NCBI GenBank assembly: GCA_964370965.1
Contig: CAYJLW010000001.1
Span: 98,084-162,083, forward strand
Length of the DNA stretch: 64,000 nt
Reading direction: 5' to 3'
Origin: an uncultured Acidimicrobiia bacterium
GTDB lineage: Bacteria; Actinomycetota; Acidimicrobiia; UBA2766
The first letter of the stretch is position 1. Each line of letters opens with the position of its first letter. Under the pieces are notes generated by a model. It had not been told where the DNA came from. It searched no databases and saw only the letters and a list, made by a program, of their open reading frames with translations. The position numbers and the translations under genes are program-made. Positions 36,517-45,655 of the stretch are shown in pieces.

Positions 36517-37509
36517 TTGCGGCTCTTCGTCACCGGCGGCGCCGGCTTCATCGGCTCGAACTACGTCCGCCAGGTCCTGGCCGGGCACCCCGAGGACGAG
36601 GTCGTCTGCTTCGACCTCCTCACGTATGCGGGCAACCGGGCGAGCCTCGCCGACGTGGAGGCCGACGCGCGCTTCGACTTCGTGCAGGGGGACGTCGCCG
36701 ATCCCGACGCCGTGGGCGAGGCGATGGCCGGCTGCGACGCCGTCGTGAACTTCGCCGCCGAGAGCCACGTCGACCGCTCGATCCTCGACGCCGGCGCCTT
36801 CGTGCGCACCAACGTGGGGGGCGTCCAAGTCCTCCTCGACGCCGCCCGCCGCCTCGGCGTGGACCGGTTCCTGCACGTCTCCACGGACGAGACCTACGGA
36901 TCCATCGAGGTGGGCTCCTTCCGGGAGGGCGACGCCCTGGAGCCCAACAGCCCCTACGCGGCGTCGAAGGCGGCCGCCGACCTCTTGGCCCGCTCCTACT
37001 TCGTCACCCACGGCCTGCCGGTGGTCGTCACCCGCTCCTCGAACAACTACGGGCCCTACCAGTTCCCCGAGAAGGTCCTGCCCGTCTTCGTCACCAACCT
37101 CATGGAGGGGCGTCCGGTCCCTCTCTACGGCGACGGCGGCAACGTCCGGGACTGGTGCTGGGTGGAGGACAACTGCCGGGGCGTCGACCTCGTCCTCCGC
37201 AAGGGCGTCGAGGGCGAGATCTACAACATCGGCGCCGGCAACGAGGTCCCCAACGTCGACGTCACCCGCAAGCTCCTCGACATCTTCGGCCTGGGCGAGG
37301 ACATGATCCGTTGGGTGCCCGACCGCCCCGGCCACGACCGCCGCTACTCGATCGCCACGGACAAGGCCAGGGCGCTGGGCTGGGAGCCGGAGATGCCCCT
37401 TGACGAGGGCCTCCGCCGCACCGTGGAGTGGTACCGGGACAACGAGGATTGGTGGCGGCCCCTGATGGACCGGGCGGCAGACGGCGTGTTGCCCACGACG
37501 AGGGTGTGA
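36517..37509 (+). CDS. rmlB: dTDP-glucose 4,6-dehydratase
   Basis: TGGAGFIGS, AAESHVDRSI, VSTDETYG, YAASK, NNYGPYQFPEK, RDW, DRPGHDRRY. Confidence 0.96.
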   Translation: MRLFVTGGAGFIGSNYVRQVLAGHPEDEVVCFDLLTYAGNRASLADVEADARFDFVQGDVADPDAVGEAMAGCDAVVNFAAESHVDRSILDAGAFVRTNVGGVQVLLDAARRLGVDRFLHVSTDETYGSIEVGSFREGDALEPNSPYAASKAAADLLARSYFVTHGLPVVVTRSSNNYGPYQFPEKVLPVFVTNLMEGRPVPLYGDGGNVRDWCWVEDNCRGVDLVLRKGVEGEIYNIGAGNEVPNVDVTRKLLDIFGLGEDMIRWVPDRPGHDRRYSIATDKARALGWEPEMPLDEGLRRTVEWYRDNEDWWRPLMDRAADGVLPTTRV

Positions 37510-37539
37510 CGTGGTGGGGCTCCATACGCTTCCCGCCCG

Positions 37540-38559
37540 GTGGTCCCGGTCGTCCCGGTGGTGAGGTCGGTGGCCGCCGACGTCGCAGCGGAGGGACAGC
37601 CGGCACGCGAGCCCGATGCCGCCCCTCCTCGTTCCATCGGGTCCGGCGACGGGGGGGTCGTGAGAGTCAGCCCGCCGGAGCGTTTCTGGCGGGGATTCGT
37701 CCCTCAGGTGCGCAACATCTGGAGCTACCGCGAGCTCCTCGTGAACCTCACGCACAAGGAGCTGCGGGTCAAGTACAAGGGGTCGGCCCTCGGCTTCGTG
37801 TGGTCGCTCGTGCGGCCCCTCATGCTGCTGGTCATCTACTGGATCGTGTTCGGCAAGTTCCTGAAGGCGGGCCTGCCGAACTTCGCCTTCTACCTCTTCT
37901 CCGGCCTCATCGCCTGGGACTTCTTCTCGTCCTCGGTCGTGGCGGCCACGAGCTCCGTGGTCTCCAACAGCTCCCTCGTGAAGAAGGTGTACTTCCCCCG
38001 GGAGATCTTCCCGCTCGCCGCCGTGGGTGCCGGGGTGGTGCACTTCGCGATCCAGGTCGGAGTCTTCATCGCCGTGCTCGTCGTGTTCCGCTACCCGTTC
38101 TGGGGTCCGAACCTCCTGTTCCTGCCCCTCGCGTTCGTCGCCATGGTGGCCCTGGCGGCGTCGATCGGCCTGTTGTTGTCGGCGTGGAACGTCTACCTGC
38201 GCGACATCCAGCACCTCATCGAGGTGTTCCTGCAGTTCTGGTTCTTCATGACCCCGATCGTGTACCCGATCAACTTCGCGCTCTCGGCGCTGGCGAAGCG
38301 CAGCATCGGTCCCCTGACCCTTGACCAGGTGTACCTCATGAACCCGATGGCAGATGTGGTGATGGGGTTTCAGCGCGCCTTCTACCGCTTCGTGACGGTC
38401 ACCGGCCCGTCGGGACGCAAGGTCGTGGCCCTCTACCCGGGTAGCTGGCAGGCATACACGGGACGCCTCCTGGGTGTTCTCGGTGCCTCCCTGTTCCTCC
38501 TCTGGGTCGCCCAACGAGTGTTCGCGAAGCTGCAGGGCAACTTCGCCCAGGAGCTGTGA
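37540..38559 (+). CDS. wzm: Polysaccharide ABC exporter permease
   Basis: YRELL..L..KELRVKYKGSALG..WSL..P, VKKVYFPRE, RDIQHL, FMTPIVYP, NPM; true start may be downstream of 37540. Confidence 0.93.
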   Translation: MVPVVPVVRSVAADVAAEGQPAREPDAAPPRSIGSGDGGVVRVSPPERFWRGFVPQVRNIWSYRELLVNLTHKELRVKYKGSALGFVWSLVRPLMLLVIYWIVFGKFLKAGLPNFAFYLFSGLIAWDFFSSSVVAATSSVVSNSSLVKKVYFPREIFPLAAVGAGVVHFAIQVGVFIAVLVVFRYPFWGPNLLFLPLAFVAMVALAASIGLLLSAWNVYLRDIQHLIEVFLQFWFFMTPIVYPINFALSALAKRSIGPLTLDQVYLMNPMADVVMGFQRAFYRFVTVTGPSGRKVVALYPGSWQAYTGRLLGVLGASLFLLWVAQRVFAKLQGNFAQEL

Positions 38560-39752
38560 TGTCTTCGGCTCCGGCCATCCGTGTCGCGGACGTCTCCAAG
38601 AGCTTCGTCCTGCGCCATGAACGGTCCCTGAAGGAGAGGCTTCTCCACCGCGGCCGCGGCAGCGAGGAGTTCTGGGCGCTGCAGGGCGTGAACGTCGAGG
38701 TCGCACAGGGGCGCACGATCGGCCTCATCGGCCACAACGGGTGTGGCAAGACCACGCTCCTCAAGCTCATCGGCGGAATCCTCACTCCCAGCTCTGGCTA
38801 CGTCGAGCGGAGGGGCCGAATCGCCGCCCTACTGGAGCTGGGCGCCGGCTTCCACCCCGACCTCACCGGGCGGGAAAACGTCTACCTGAACGCCAGCATC
38901 CTCGGCCTCAGCCGTCGCCAGACCGACGCCTACTTCGACGATATCGTGGACTTCTCGGGCATCGAGCGCTTCATCGACAACCCGGTGAAGTTCTACTCCT
39001 CTGGCATGTACCTCCGTCTCGCCTTCGCCGTCGCCGTCCACGTCGATCCCGAGATCCTCCTTGTGGACGAGGTCCTGGCCGTCGGCGACGAGCCGTTCCA
39101 ACGCAAGTGCATCCATCGGATGCGCCAGTTCCAGCGGGAGGGGAGGACGATCGTCTTTGTCACCCACGCGTTGGACCTGCTCCGCCAGTTCTGTGACGAG
39201 GCTGTCCTGCTTGACGCTGGACGTCTCGTCCGGCAGGGACGCCCGAGCGATGTGTTGCGGACGTTCCGAGAGGAGAACAGCGACCAACCCGGGTCGGCCG
39301 ATTCGCAGCCCAACGCAGAACGCCCCGTCGAGATCACAGACGTGACCGTCACGGACGGGCGGGGCGAGACGCAGGAGACCTTTCGGCCAGGTGACTCCAT
39401 GGGCGTCGACATCGGGATCGAGGCGAAGGAGCCCGTGGAGGACCCGATCGTCGGGCTGGCTCTCAACGACCACATGGGCATGCTCTTGTACGGCACCAAC
39501 ACGGGCCTGCGGAAGGTGGACCTGGGCATCGTGGAGGGCCGTCGCCGCGTGCGTTTCGCGTTCGAGTCCATCCCGATGATGGAGGGCCGCTACTACGTGT
39601 CGGTGAGCGTCCACACTCGCGACGAGAGCCGGATGTACCACTTCTGTGAGAACACGACGGGCTTTCGAATCCACGGAGACACAGACGAGCCAGGAGTGAT
39701 TCACCTCGCTGTGAGATGCACGGCAGCGGACACCACTGGTTTCGGGGCCTGA
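38559..39752 (+). CDS. wzt: Polysaccharide ABC exporter ATPase with C-terminal Wzt_C carbohydrate-binding domain
   Basis: GHNGCGKTT, GFHPDLTGREN, YSSGM, LLVDE, VTH; about 150-aa beta-rich C-terminal extension; TGATG overlap with wzm. Confidence 0.94.
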   Translation: MSSAPAIRVADVSKSFVLRHERSLKERLLHRGRGSEEFWALQGVNVEVAQGRTIGLIGHNGCGKTTLLKLIGGILTPSSGYVERRGRIAALLELGAGFHPDLTGRENVYLNASILGLSRRQTDAYFDDIVDFSGIERFIDNPVKFYSSGMYLRLAFAVAVHVDPEILLVDEVLAVGDEPFQRKCIHRMRQFQREGRTIVFVTHALDLLRQFCDEAVLLDAGRLVRQGRPSDVLRTFREENSDQPGSADSQPNAERPVEITDVTVTDGRGETQETFRPGDSMGVDIGIEAKEPVEDPIVGLALNDHMGMLLYGTNTGLRKVDLGIVEGRRRVRFAFESIPMMEGRYYVSVSVHTRDESRMYHFCENTTGFRIHGDTDEPGVIHLAVRCTAADTTGFGA

Positions 39753-39776
39753 GGGAGCTATGCCCGCGCCCATACC

Positions 39777-42700
39777 ATGCCCCGCAAAGGGGAGTCGATG
39801 GTGACGACAGAACAGGTTGGCCCGAGCAGCCCCCAGCCAGCGGGGACCAGTCCGGCCGGAGAGCATCGTGCCTGGGGTCGCCTCATGCGGTGTGGAGTCA
39901 CTGCGATGCTTGCGGCGGCGGTGGTGCTGTTCGTGCGCTCACGAATCTCCGTCGAGCTCGATGCACGCACAGATCTTGTCGGATTTCCCACCTACACGGG
40001 ATTCAACATCTCCCGGATGATCCGCTCCCACTACCTCCTGATGATCGCGTTTCCTGTCTTGAGTGTTCTCTTCTACTGGGGCCTGACGAGGCTGCGTCGC
40101 TCCGGCGCTTCATCTCCGCCGAGCGAGGCGACACCGCATGCCGATCACGCGACGCCGGCCGGGGGGAGGCCCGAGTCGGTCTCAGAGCCGTCGAGGTTGG
40201 CAGTCGTGGCCCGGATCGCGTTCGTGGGGTTTGTTCTTGGGTGTGAGGTGGCTGCTGCCTCGGGATGGATGCCCTGGTGGACCACGGTCGGTGTGGTGAC
40301 GGTGTCATACGCGACGACAGCCAGCGTTGTACCCGTGCTCCGGTGGGGAACGCGCAGAGGGTTGCGCAACGTGGCCGCGGTCAACTCGCTAGTGGTGCCC
40401 TTCCTCATCCTCGGCGCGGGCGTGGTCGCCTCTTCGACACGCGTTGCCATCGAGGGCGCCGGGTCAGTGCGGTCCTACGTCTGGCTTCCGGCATGGCTGT
40501 TCGTCCCGGCCTTCATCGCCCTCGAAACATGGGTGATATGGCGACTGCGGGCGGACCCCATGTCGTGGGTCAAGACGGAAGGCCTACTGCTAACTCGCGT
40601 GGCGGGCGCCATTGGCGTCTTCTTGCTCCATTCCCATCTCCCCGGGGCCCTGGGCCCGATGGACCTCTACCACGAGGGAGAACCGCTGGTGGCCGGGCGC
40701 CTGGTGGCTGCGGGCCGGATACCGTGGAGAGATCTCTTCTTCGTTCATGGGTTTCTGGCCGATGTCTTGCGCCCCTGGCTCGGATGGGCGGTGTTCGGTG
40801 ACAGTCGCTGGGGTTTGGCGGCGGCCGACCAGCTTCTCCTGGTGCCGCTCTACTGGGTGTGTGTCTATGAGCTGTGCGCCCACCTATTCCGCGAGAGATG
40901 GACATATCTCCTCGCCACCCAGATTGGCATCATCGCCCTCTTGGCCGCGAGCGGCGATGTGTCGCCGCCTGGTTGGCCAGCCTCGTCCAGATTCTTGCTA
41001 ATGCCCATCTGTGCACTGCTGCTTGTGCGCGTACTGCGCTACCCTGCCCCAAGGTGGACGGTCGGTCTCGTTCTACTTCTATTCATCCAGGCGGTGCTCG
41101 TCCCGGAGTCGGGGTATTACCTTGTGGCATGCGCGCTCGTTGTCTTCGCATTTGAGCTGTCCAAGAGGGAGCGAGGTGCGCCACTGATGAGCCAGTTCCC
41201 CCGGACTGCCTGGGGTCTCCTTGCAGGTCTGGTGTTGGGAATCGCATGGTGTGGCATTCTCTGGGCGATGGGGGCCTTGGGTGCATATCTGGAGTTTCAC
41301 CTGGACTTGATGAGAGCCCACAGCCTGATTGCCGGAATACCGATATCGGGGAACGGAGCACTCTTTGAGCTTCAGCAATGGGCTCCGATTGTCGCCGTCG
41401 TCGGTGGGGGTCTCTATCTCGGCGTTTGCCTGTCTGAGGAGCGTCGCAGGATTGCCTTGGACGACTGGGTTATGGCCAGCTACATGATCTTCACGGCCTT
41501 CTACTATTTCAAGTTCTTGGCGCGTGCCGATGCCGCCCATCTGCATCAGGTGTTCACGGTCTGCTTGCCCCTCATGCTCTACGTCGTCTACCGGCTCGCG
41601 CGAGTGGGCGATGCGCTCGTCGCTCGCTCCAAGTCCTTGTCTTGGCTTCGGCGGGCAGCGACGACAAGCTGTCTTCTCGTGGCAGTTGTGATCGCTTGGG
41701 GAGCCACCGGCAGCGCCTTGGCAGAGATGCCGCAAGACTTCCGAAAGGCGGCTCCCCGTCCTTGGAATGCCAGACTCGGGTTCGTTGAGCGGCAGGCGGA
41801 CGGAGGGGAAAACCTCGCCCTGTCGCCTCTCGCTCTGGATGATCTACGCCATGTGATTGAGGCCTATGCGGGTGCGAGAGGGCGGATATTCGACTTCACC
41901 AACTCGCCTGGTCTGTTTGAGTACCTGATACCCGGAGATCCTGTGTCTCCATACTATCACGTGCTTCTAGCTACCCGTCTGAAGGACCAGGATGCGCTGG
42001 TTGAGAGTCTTGAACGCGAGAGGCCGCGACTTGTGATTTATGAGTCCACCATGCTCGGAATGTCCAGCTGGGACGGAATAGCGAATGCAGTGCGTCACTA
42101 TGAGGTGAGCCGTTACCTACTCAGGGCGTATCGGCCGCTGCTACGAGTTCACGGGTATCTGTTCCTTATCAGCCGGGCAGTGAAGGATGTGCGAGACCCG
42201 AACACCTTAGAGTTGTCTAGTCCTCCCATCACGCACGATCTGGATGCCCTGGAGTCTGGCTGCAACTGGGGATTGTCGCCGTTGTTCTTGGATATCGGAC
42301 CGCAGCCGGGGCGGTCCGAGGACATTCCGGTGGATCTCCCGTCGCTGAGGACTCGTGTCACAGGCTGGGCGGTGGATCCAGAAAGTAATGAGCCGGCGAC
42401 GGAGGTCGTCGTTAGGGTTGGCGGGAAGGAAGTCGGGCGAGGTGTCACTGGGGTCCAAAGGGCGGACGTTCGAGATCGTCTCGGCGCTGCGGCGGAGCGG
42501 AGCGGCTTCGACATGGTCTTGGACGTCCCGGTGTCCGAGTTCAAGCGTCTCGATGTGAAGGCGTGGGCCTTGGACGCGAAAGGCGGGAGGTGGCCCCTAC
42601 GGATCGAGGTTGGAGGTGGCGTAATAGGGGAGACCGAATCGACCGGACGGTGGCTGTCGGATGCGGCCGTGCCGGGGGCGATCGACGGGCTGGGTGCTGG

Positions 42701-42956
42701 CTACCGCGTGCGACTTCCGCGAGGCGCGTTTCGGTACGGGTGGCTGCGTCTGCGAACGAGCGGGCCAGGCGGGGGCGTCGTGGCCGTGCGTGAGGAGGGG
42801 GCCGAGGCGGGCATCACTTTCAGGACCGGGAGGGGTGTCCGATCCTACGTCTTGTCCGTGGGGAGTTGTCCACAGTGGAAAGGGAATTCGGGAGTGGACG
42901 TGGAGGTGGGAGTTGACCCCACAGTGGAGGTCACCCAGATGAGTCTGGTCCGCTAG
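39777..42956 (+). CDS. Large polytopic membrane protein, GT-C-like, with extracellular C-terminal domains
   Basis: More than 12 hydrophobic segments; MDLYHEGE and RDLFFVHG in the first large loop; C-terminal VTGWAVD...RADV...SGF beta-domain. Confidence 0.6.
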   Translation: MPRKGESMVTTEQVGPSSPQPAGTSPAGEHRAWGRLMRCGVTAMLAAAVVLFVRSRISVELDARTDLVGFPTYTGFNISRMIRSHYLLMIAFPVLSVLFYWGLTRLRRSGASSPPSEATPHADHATPAGGRPESVSEPSRLAVVARIAFVGFVLGCEVAAASGWMPWWTTVGVVTVSYATTASVVPVLRWGTRRGLRNVAAVNSLVVPFLILGAGVVASSTRVAIEGAGSVRSYVWLPAWLFVPAFIALETWVIWRLRADPMSWVKTEGLLLTRVAGAIGVFLLHSHLPGALGPMDLYHEGEPLVAGRLVAAGRIPWRDLFFVHGFLADVLRPWLGWAVFGDSRWGLAAADQLLLVPLYWVCVYELCAHLFRERWTYLLATQIGIIALLAASGDVSPPGWPASSRFLLMPICALLLVRVLRYPAPRWTVGLVLLLFIQAVLVPESGYYLVACALVVFAFELSKRERGAPLMSQFPRTAWGLLAGLVLGIAWCGILWAMGALGAYLEFHLDLMRAHSLIAGIPISGNGALFELQQWAPIVAVVGGGLYLGVCLSEERRRIALDDWVMASYMIFTAFYYFKFLARADAAHLHQVFTVCLPLMLYVVYRLARVGDALVARSKSLSWLRRAATTSCLLVAVVIAWGATGSALAEMPQDFRKAAPRPWNARLGFVERQADGGENLALSPLALDDLRHVIEAYAGARGRIFDFTNSPGLFEYLIPGDPVSPYYHVLLATRLKDQDALVESLERERPRLVIYESTMLGMSSWDGIANAVRHYEVSRYLLRAYRPLLRVHGYLFLISRAVKDVRDPNTLELSSPPITHDLDALESGCNWGLSPLFLDIGPQPGRSEDIPVDLPSLRTRVTGWAVDPESNEPATEVVVRVGGKEVGRGVTGVQRADVRDRLGAAAERSGFDMVLDVPVSEFKRLDVKAWALDAKGGRWPLRIEVGGGVIGETESTGRWLSDAAVPGAIDGLGAGYRVRLPRGAFRYGWLRLRTSGPGGGVVAVREEGAEAGITFRTGRGVRSYVLSVGSCPQWKGNSGVDVEVGVDPTVEVTQMSLVR

Positions 42957-43640
42957 CTAGGAGCGTGGCGAGGTGGGGGGGGGACTTGATGTGCGGCAAA
43001 CGGCATAGGTGTTGAGGCCAAACTTGTAGCGAGCGCACTTGATGTCGCGGGGACGGAATCCTGCCCTCACGAGAAGGGGCCAGAGGTCGGCGGGGTTGTA
43101 GTAGGTCTTGTGATCGTCGATTTCCGCAAGCGGGCTGAGGCCGAGGGTGAAGGCGGAGAACTCAAGGTAGCGTCTTCCACGCCAAGAGGGAACGCTGAGG
43201 ACGGACATCCCGCCTGGGGCCAGGAGACGTCTGATTGCTCGCAGGGTGTCGAGGGGGTCCCAGAGATGCTCGATCACCGACGTGCAGACGACTAGGTCCA
43301 GGGACTCGGAGGGAACGCCGCCGAGGATTCCGGGAAGGCCTCCCTCCATCGCTGTGACCTTGGAGTGTGCGTGGAGGTCCGGTGACAAGCTGACGTCGAC
43401 GACCAAGGCGCTTTCGACGTCGTCAAGGATGGACCGTACGAACAGGGCGTCGAAGCCTGCCCCCAGGTCGCCGACTCGGAGGCCCTGGAAGGAACCCACG
43501 GTGCCCCTGATGCGGCGCCTCGACATCCACGTGCCCAGGCGATCGACGATCGTGAGATCGGCATGCTGGCCGAAGGCGTGGGAGCGGCCCGTCTCAAACA
43601 GGGGGGCTCGTCTCCGGCTGGAGCCGCAAAGACACCGCAT
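42957..43640 (-). CDS. Class I SAM-dependent methyltransferase
   Basis: VGDLGAGFD, DLVVCTSVIEHL, LAPGG, VPSW; start uncertain. Confidence 0.85.
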   Translation of the reverse strand: MRCLCGSSRRRAPLFETGRSHAFGQHADLTIVDRLGTWMSRRRIRGTVGSFQGLRVGDLGAGFDALFVRSILDDVESALVVDVSLSPDLHAHSKVTAMEGGLPGILGGVPSESLDLVVCTSVIEHLWDPLDTLRAIRRLLAPGGMSVLSVPSWRGRRYLEFSAFTLGLSPLAEIDDHKTYYNPADLWPLLVRAGFRPRDIKCARYKFGLNTYAVCRTSSPPPTSPRS

Positions 43641-44868
43641 GAAGTATCAGTGTAAACGTGAAGAGCATGAACGATGCGATCATCGCCTGCAAACCCGTGA
43701 CAGCCAGGTAGTTGGTCCAGTTCAAGCCGTCACTCAAGGTGAAACCATTCTGGACATAGCGAAAGACAAGAGGGACACCCATTCCAGCGCCCGCAAGAAG
43801 GAAGACGGCCGAGATGACGACTGTCCGCGTATATCGAAATATGCCGAGCCACTTCTTGCCGGCGAGGCTTGCGAAGTCGTAGAGAACCTGAGCAATCACG
43901 CCGAGAAAGAGACATTGGAGGCCAAGGACAACGAGTGTGACGCCAAGGAGCATCCAGTAGAAGGAAAATGTGATCGGACCCAGGGTCAATGGGCCGAAAC
44001 TGAGAGGCAAGGTGAGCAATAGCCCGAGTGCCACAAACACAGCACCGGGTTTGAGCAAGAAGAAGTCTGCTCCGTAGACGAACATTGCCTTGAGGTTGAT
44101 CCACGCGGCTGCCCACGGGGAGAACCATCCACGCCTCCTGTGGTGGCTCAAGCGGCCGTCGCGGTCCTTCAGAAAGCGGACAGGGACTTCGGTCGTGCGG
44201 AGGCGCATATGCACGGACTTCAGCACCATTTCCGACGCGTATTCCCAGGACTGAGACCTCAGGCCCATCCTCCTCAACGATTCCCTGGTGATGCCTCTCA
44301 TGCCACAGTGGATGTCGGTGAACTTGCTGCTGTAGAGAAGGTTCAGGATCGCTGTCGTGACCGGGGTTCCGAAATAGCGGTGGAGGGCTGGCATGGAACC
44401 TGGTTCTATGTAGCCGCGGAAGCGCGAGCCCATTACGAACTCACACCCTTCCCGAAACTTCTCCACAAAGCCAGCCAGCTCACGGAAGTCATACGTGCAG
44501 TCCGCGTCGCCCATGAGGACGTACTTGCCCCGGACGTACGGGATAGCGTCGATGTAGGCGCGGCCGAGGCCGCGACGGGGTGTCTGGAGAACACGAGCGC
44601 CCCTTGCTACGGCCATCTCCGCGGTGCCATCCTCAGAACTGTCAATGATGAGGATTTCGCCGGCGATGTCCGCTCCGGCAAGGCCTCTCTTGCACCAATC
44701 GACGAAGTCCGAGATCGTCAGGCTCTCGTTGAGCGCGGGGACGAGGATCGTCACCTCAGGTGCCAAGACATCCTGGGTGGGGACGAGGAGGGTGAGTTCC
44801 GGTTCGCGTGGCCGCGGTGCAGCGTCACGCTCAGTGGCAGGGGGGAGATGGGTGCCGAGGGCAGGCAT
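43594..44868 (-). CDS. DPM1-like GT2 (polyprenyl-phosphate sugar synthase-like) with C-terminal TMs
   Basis: ILVPALNE, IDSS, MGDADCTY, VMGSRF, DIHCGMR, EYASEMV; four C-terminal TMs. Confidence 0.88.
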   Translation of the reverse strand: MPALGTHLPPATERDAAPRPREPELTLLVPTQDVLAPEVTILVPALNESLTISDFVDWCKRGLAGADIAGEILIIDSSEDGTAEMAVARGARVLQTPRRGLGRAYIDAIPYVRGKYVLMGDADCTYDFRELAGFVEKFREGCEFVMGSRFRGYIEPGSMPALHRYFGTPVTTAILNLLYSSKFTDIHCGMRGITRESLRRMGLRSQSWEYASEMVLKSVHMRLRTTEVPVRFLKDRDGRLSHHRRRGWFSPWAAAWINLKAMFVYGADFFLLKPGAVFVALGLLLTLPLSFGPLTLGPITFSFYWMLLGVTLVVLGLQCLFLGVIAQVLYDFASLAGKKWLGIFRYTRTVVISAVFLLAGAGMGVPLVFRYVQNGFTLSDGLNWTNYLAVTGLQAMIASFMLFTFTLILHAVSLRLQPETSPPV

Positions 44869-44877
44869 CAGATGAGT

Positions 44878-45612
44878 CTAGTTTGTGTGGCCCTCGGCGA
44901 GCATTCTCGAAGCGGGGCCCGCGCGCCTGAAGCTGGCGACGAGGAAGAGAGGGGCGCCGAAGGGAAGTCGGACTCGCCGGACAGGCACGAGGTCCTCGGG
45001 GACGGCATTGAAGACATCAGCGACGGTCCTCACGTGGCCCTCGCCGCTCGTGCCGGACAAGCGCCGGACGCCACGATAAAGGCGGTTTTCGGTGGGGCCC
45101 GAGATGACCCAGATCCCCCGCGGGCCCGTGACGGCGAGAAGCCGGGCCATCTCGGTGTCTATGTCGTCGACGTGCTCCAGGACGTCGAGCGCGACGACAG
45201 CGTCGTAGCCTCGGCCCCCCTTCGGGGGTGCGGGAGTCCTCGCAACTTGGACATGTGGGGTGTGCAGGCGCTCCCGCATGAATTCGGTCACCTCGGGGTC
45301 GATGTCACACGCCACGACATGTGCGAAGAGGGCGGAGAGGCCCGGCAGCATGACCCCGAGGCCCGACCCGTAGTCGAGAGCGGCTCCGGTGCCAGTGGCC
45401 GAGAGGGCGAGGAGTCTGCTGGCCCAAGCCACTCTGCGCCACGCCAGGTACGAAACCGCTGGCACTCGGCTGGTGTAGACAGAAAGCGCCGTCTCCTGGA
45501 GGCGGGACCGGCCGAAGGCCTCCATGAGATCCGGGTAGGCGTTGTCCAGGATGCGCCGGGTGGCGCGGGCGGTACCGGCCGTGGTCGGGGTCAGGTGTCC
45601 GCGTCGGGGCAT
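44878..45612 (-). CDS. Class I SAM-dependent methyltransferase
   Basis: ALDYGSGLG, CDID, YDAVVALDVLEHV. Confidence 0.85.
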   Translation of the reverse strand: MPRRGHLTPTTAGTARATRRILDNAYPDLMEAFGRSRLQETALSVYTSRVPAVSYLAWRRVAWASRLLALSATGTGAALDYGSGLGVMLPGLSALFAHVVACDIDPEVTEFMRERLHTPHVQVARTPAPPKGGRGYDAVVALDVLEHVDDIDTEMARLLAVTGPRGIWVISGPTENRLYRGVRRLSGTSGEGHVRTVADVFNAVPEDLVPVRRVRLPFGAPLFLVASFRRAGPASRMLAEGHTN

Positions 45613-45655
45613 ACCTGGGGATCCTTGGTCGTGTGAGGACCGGTGAGCGAGCGCC

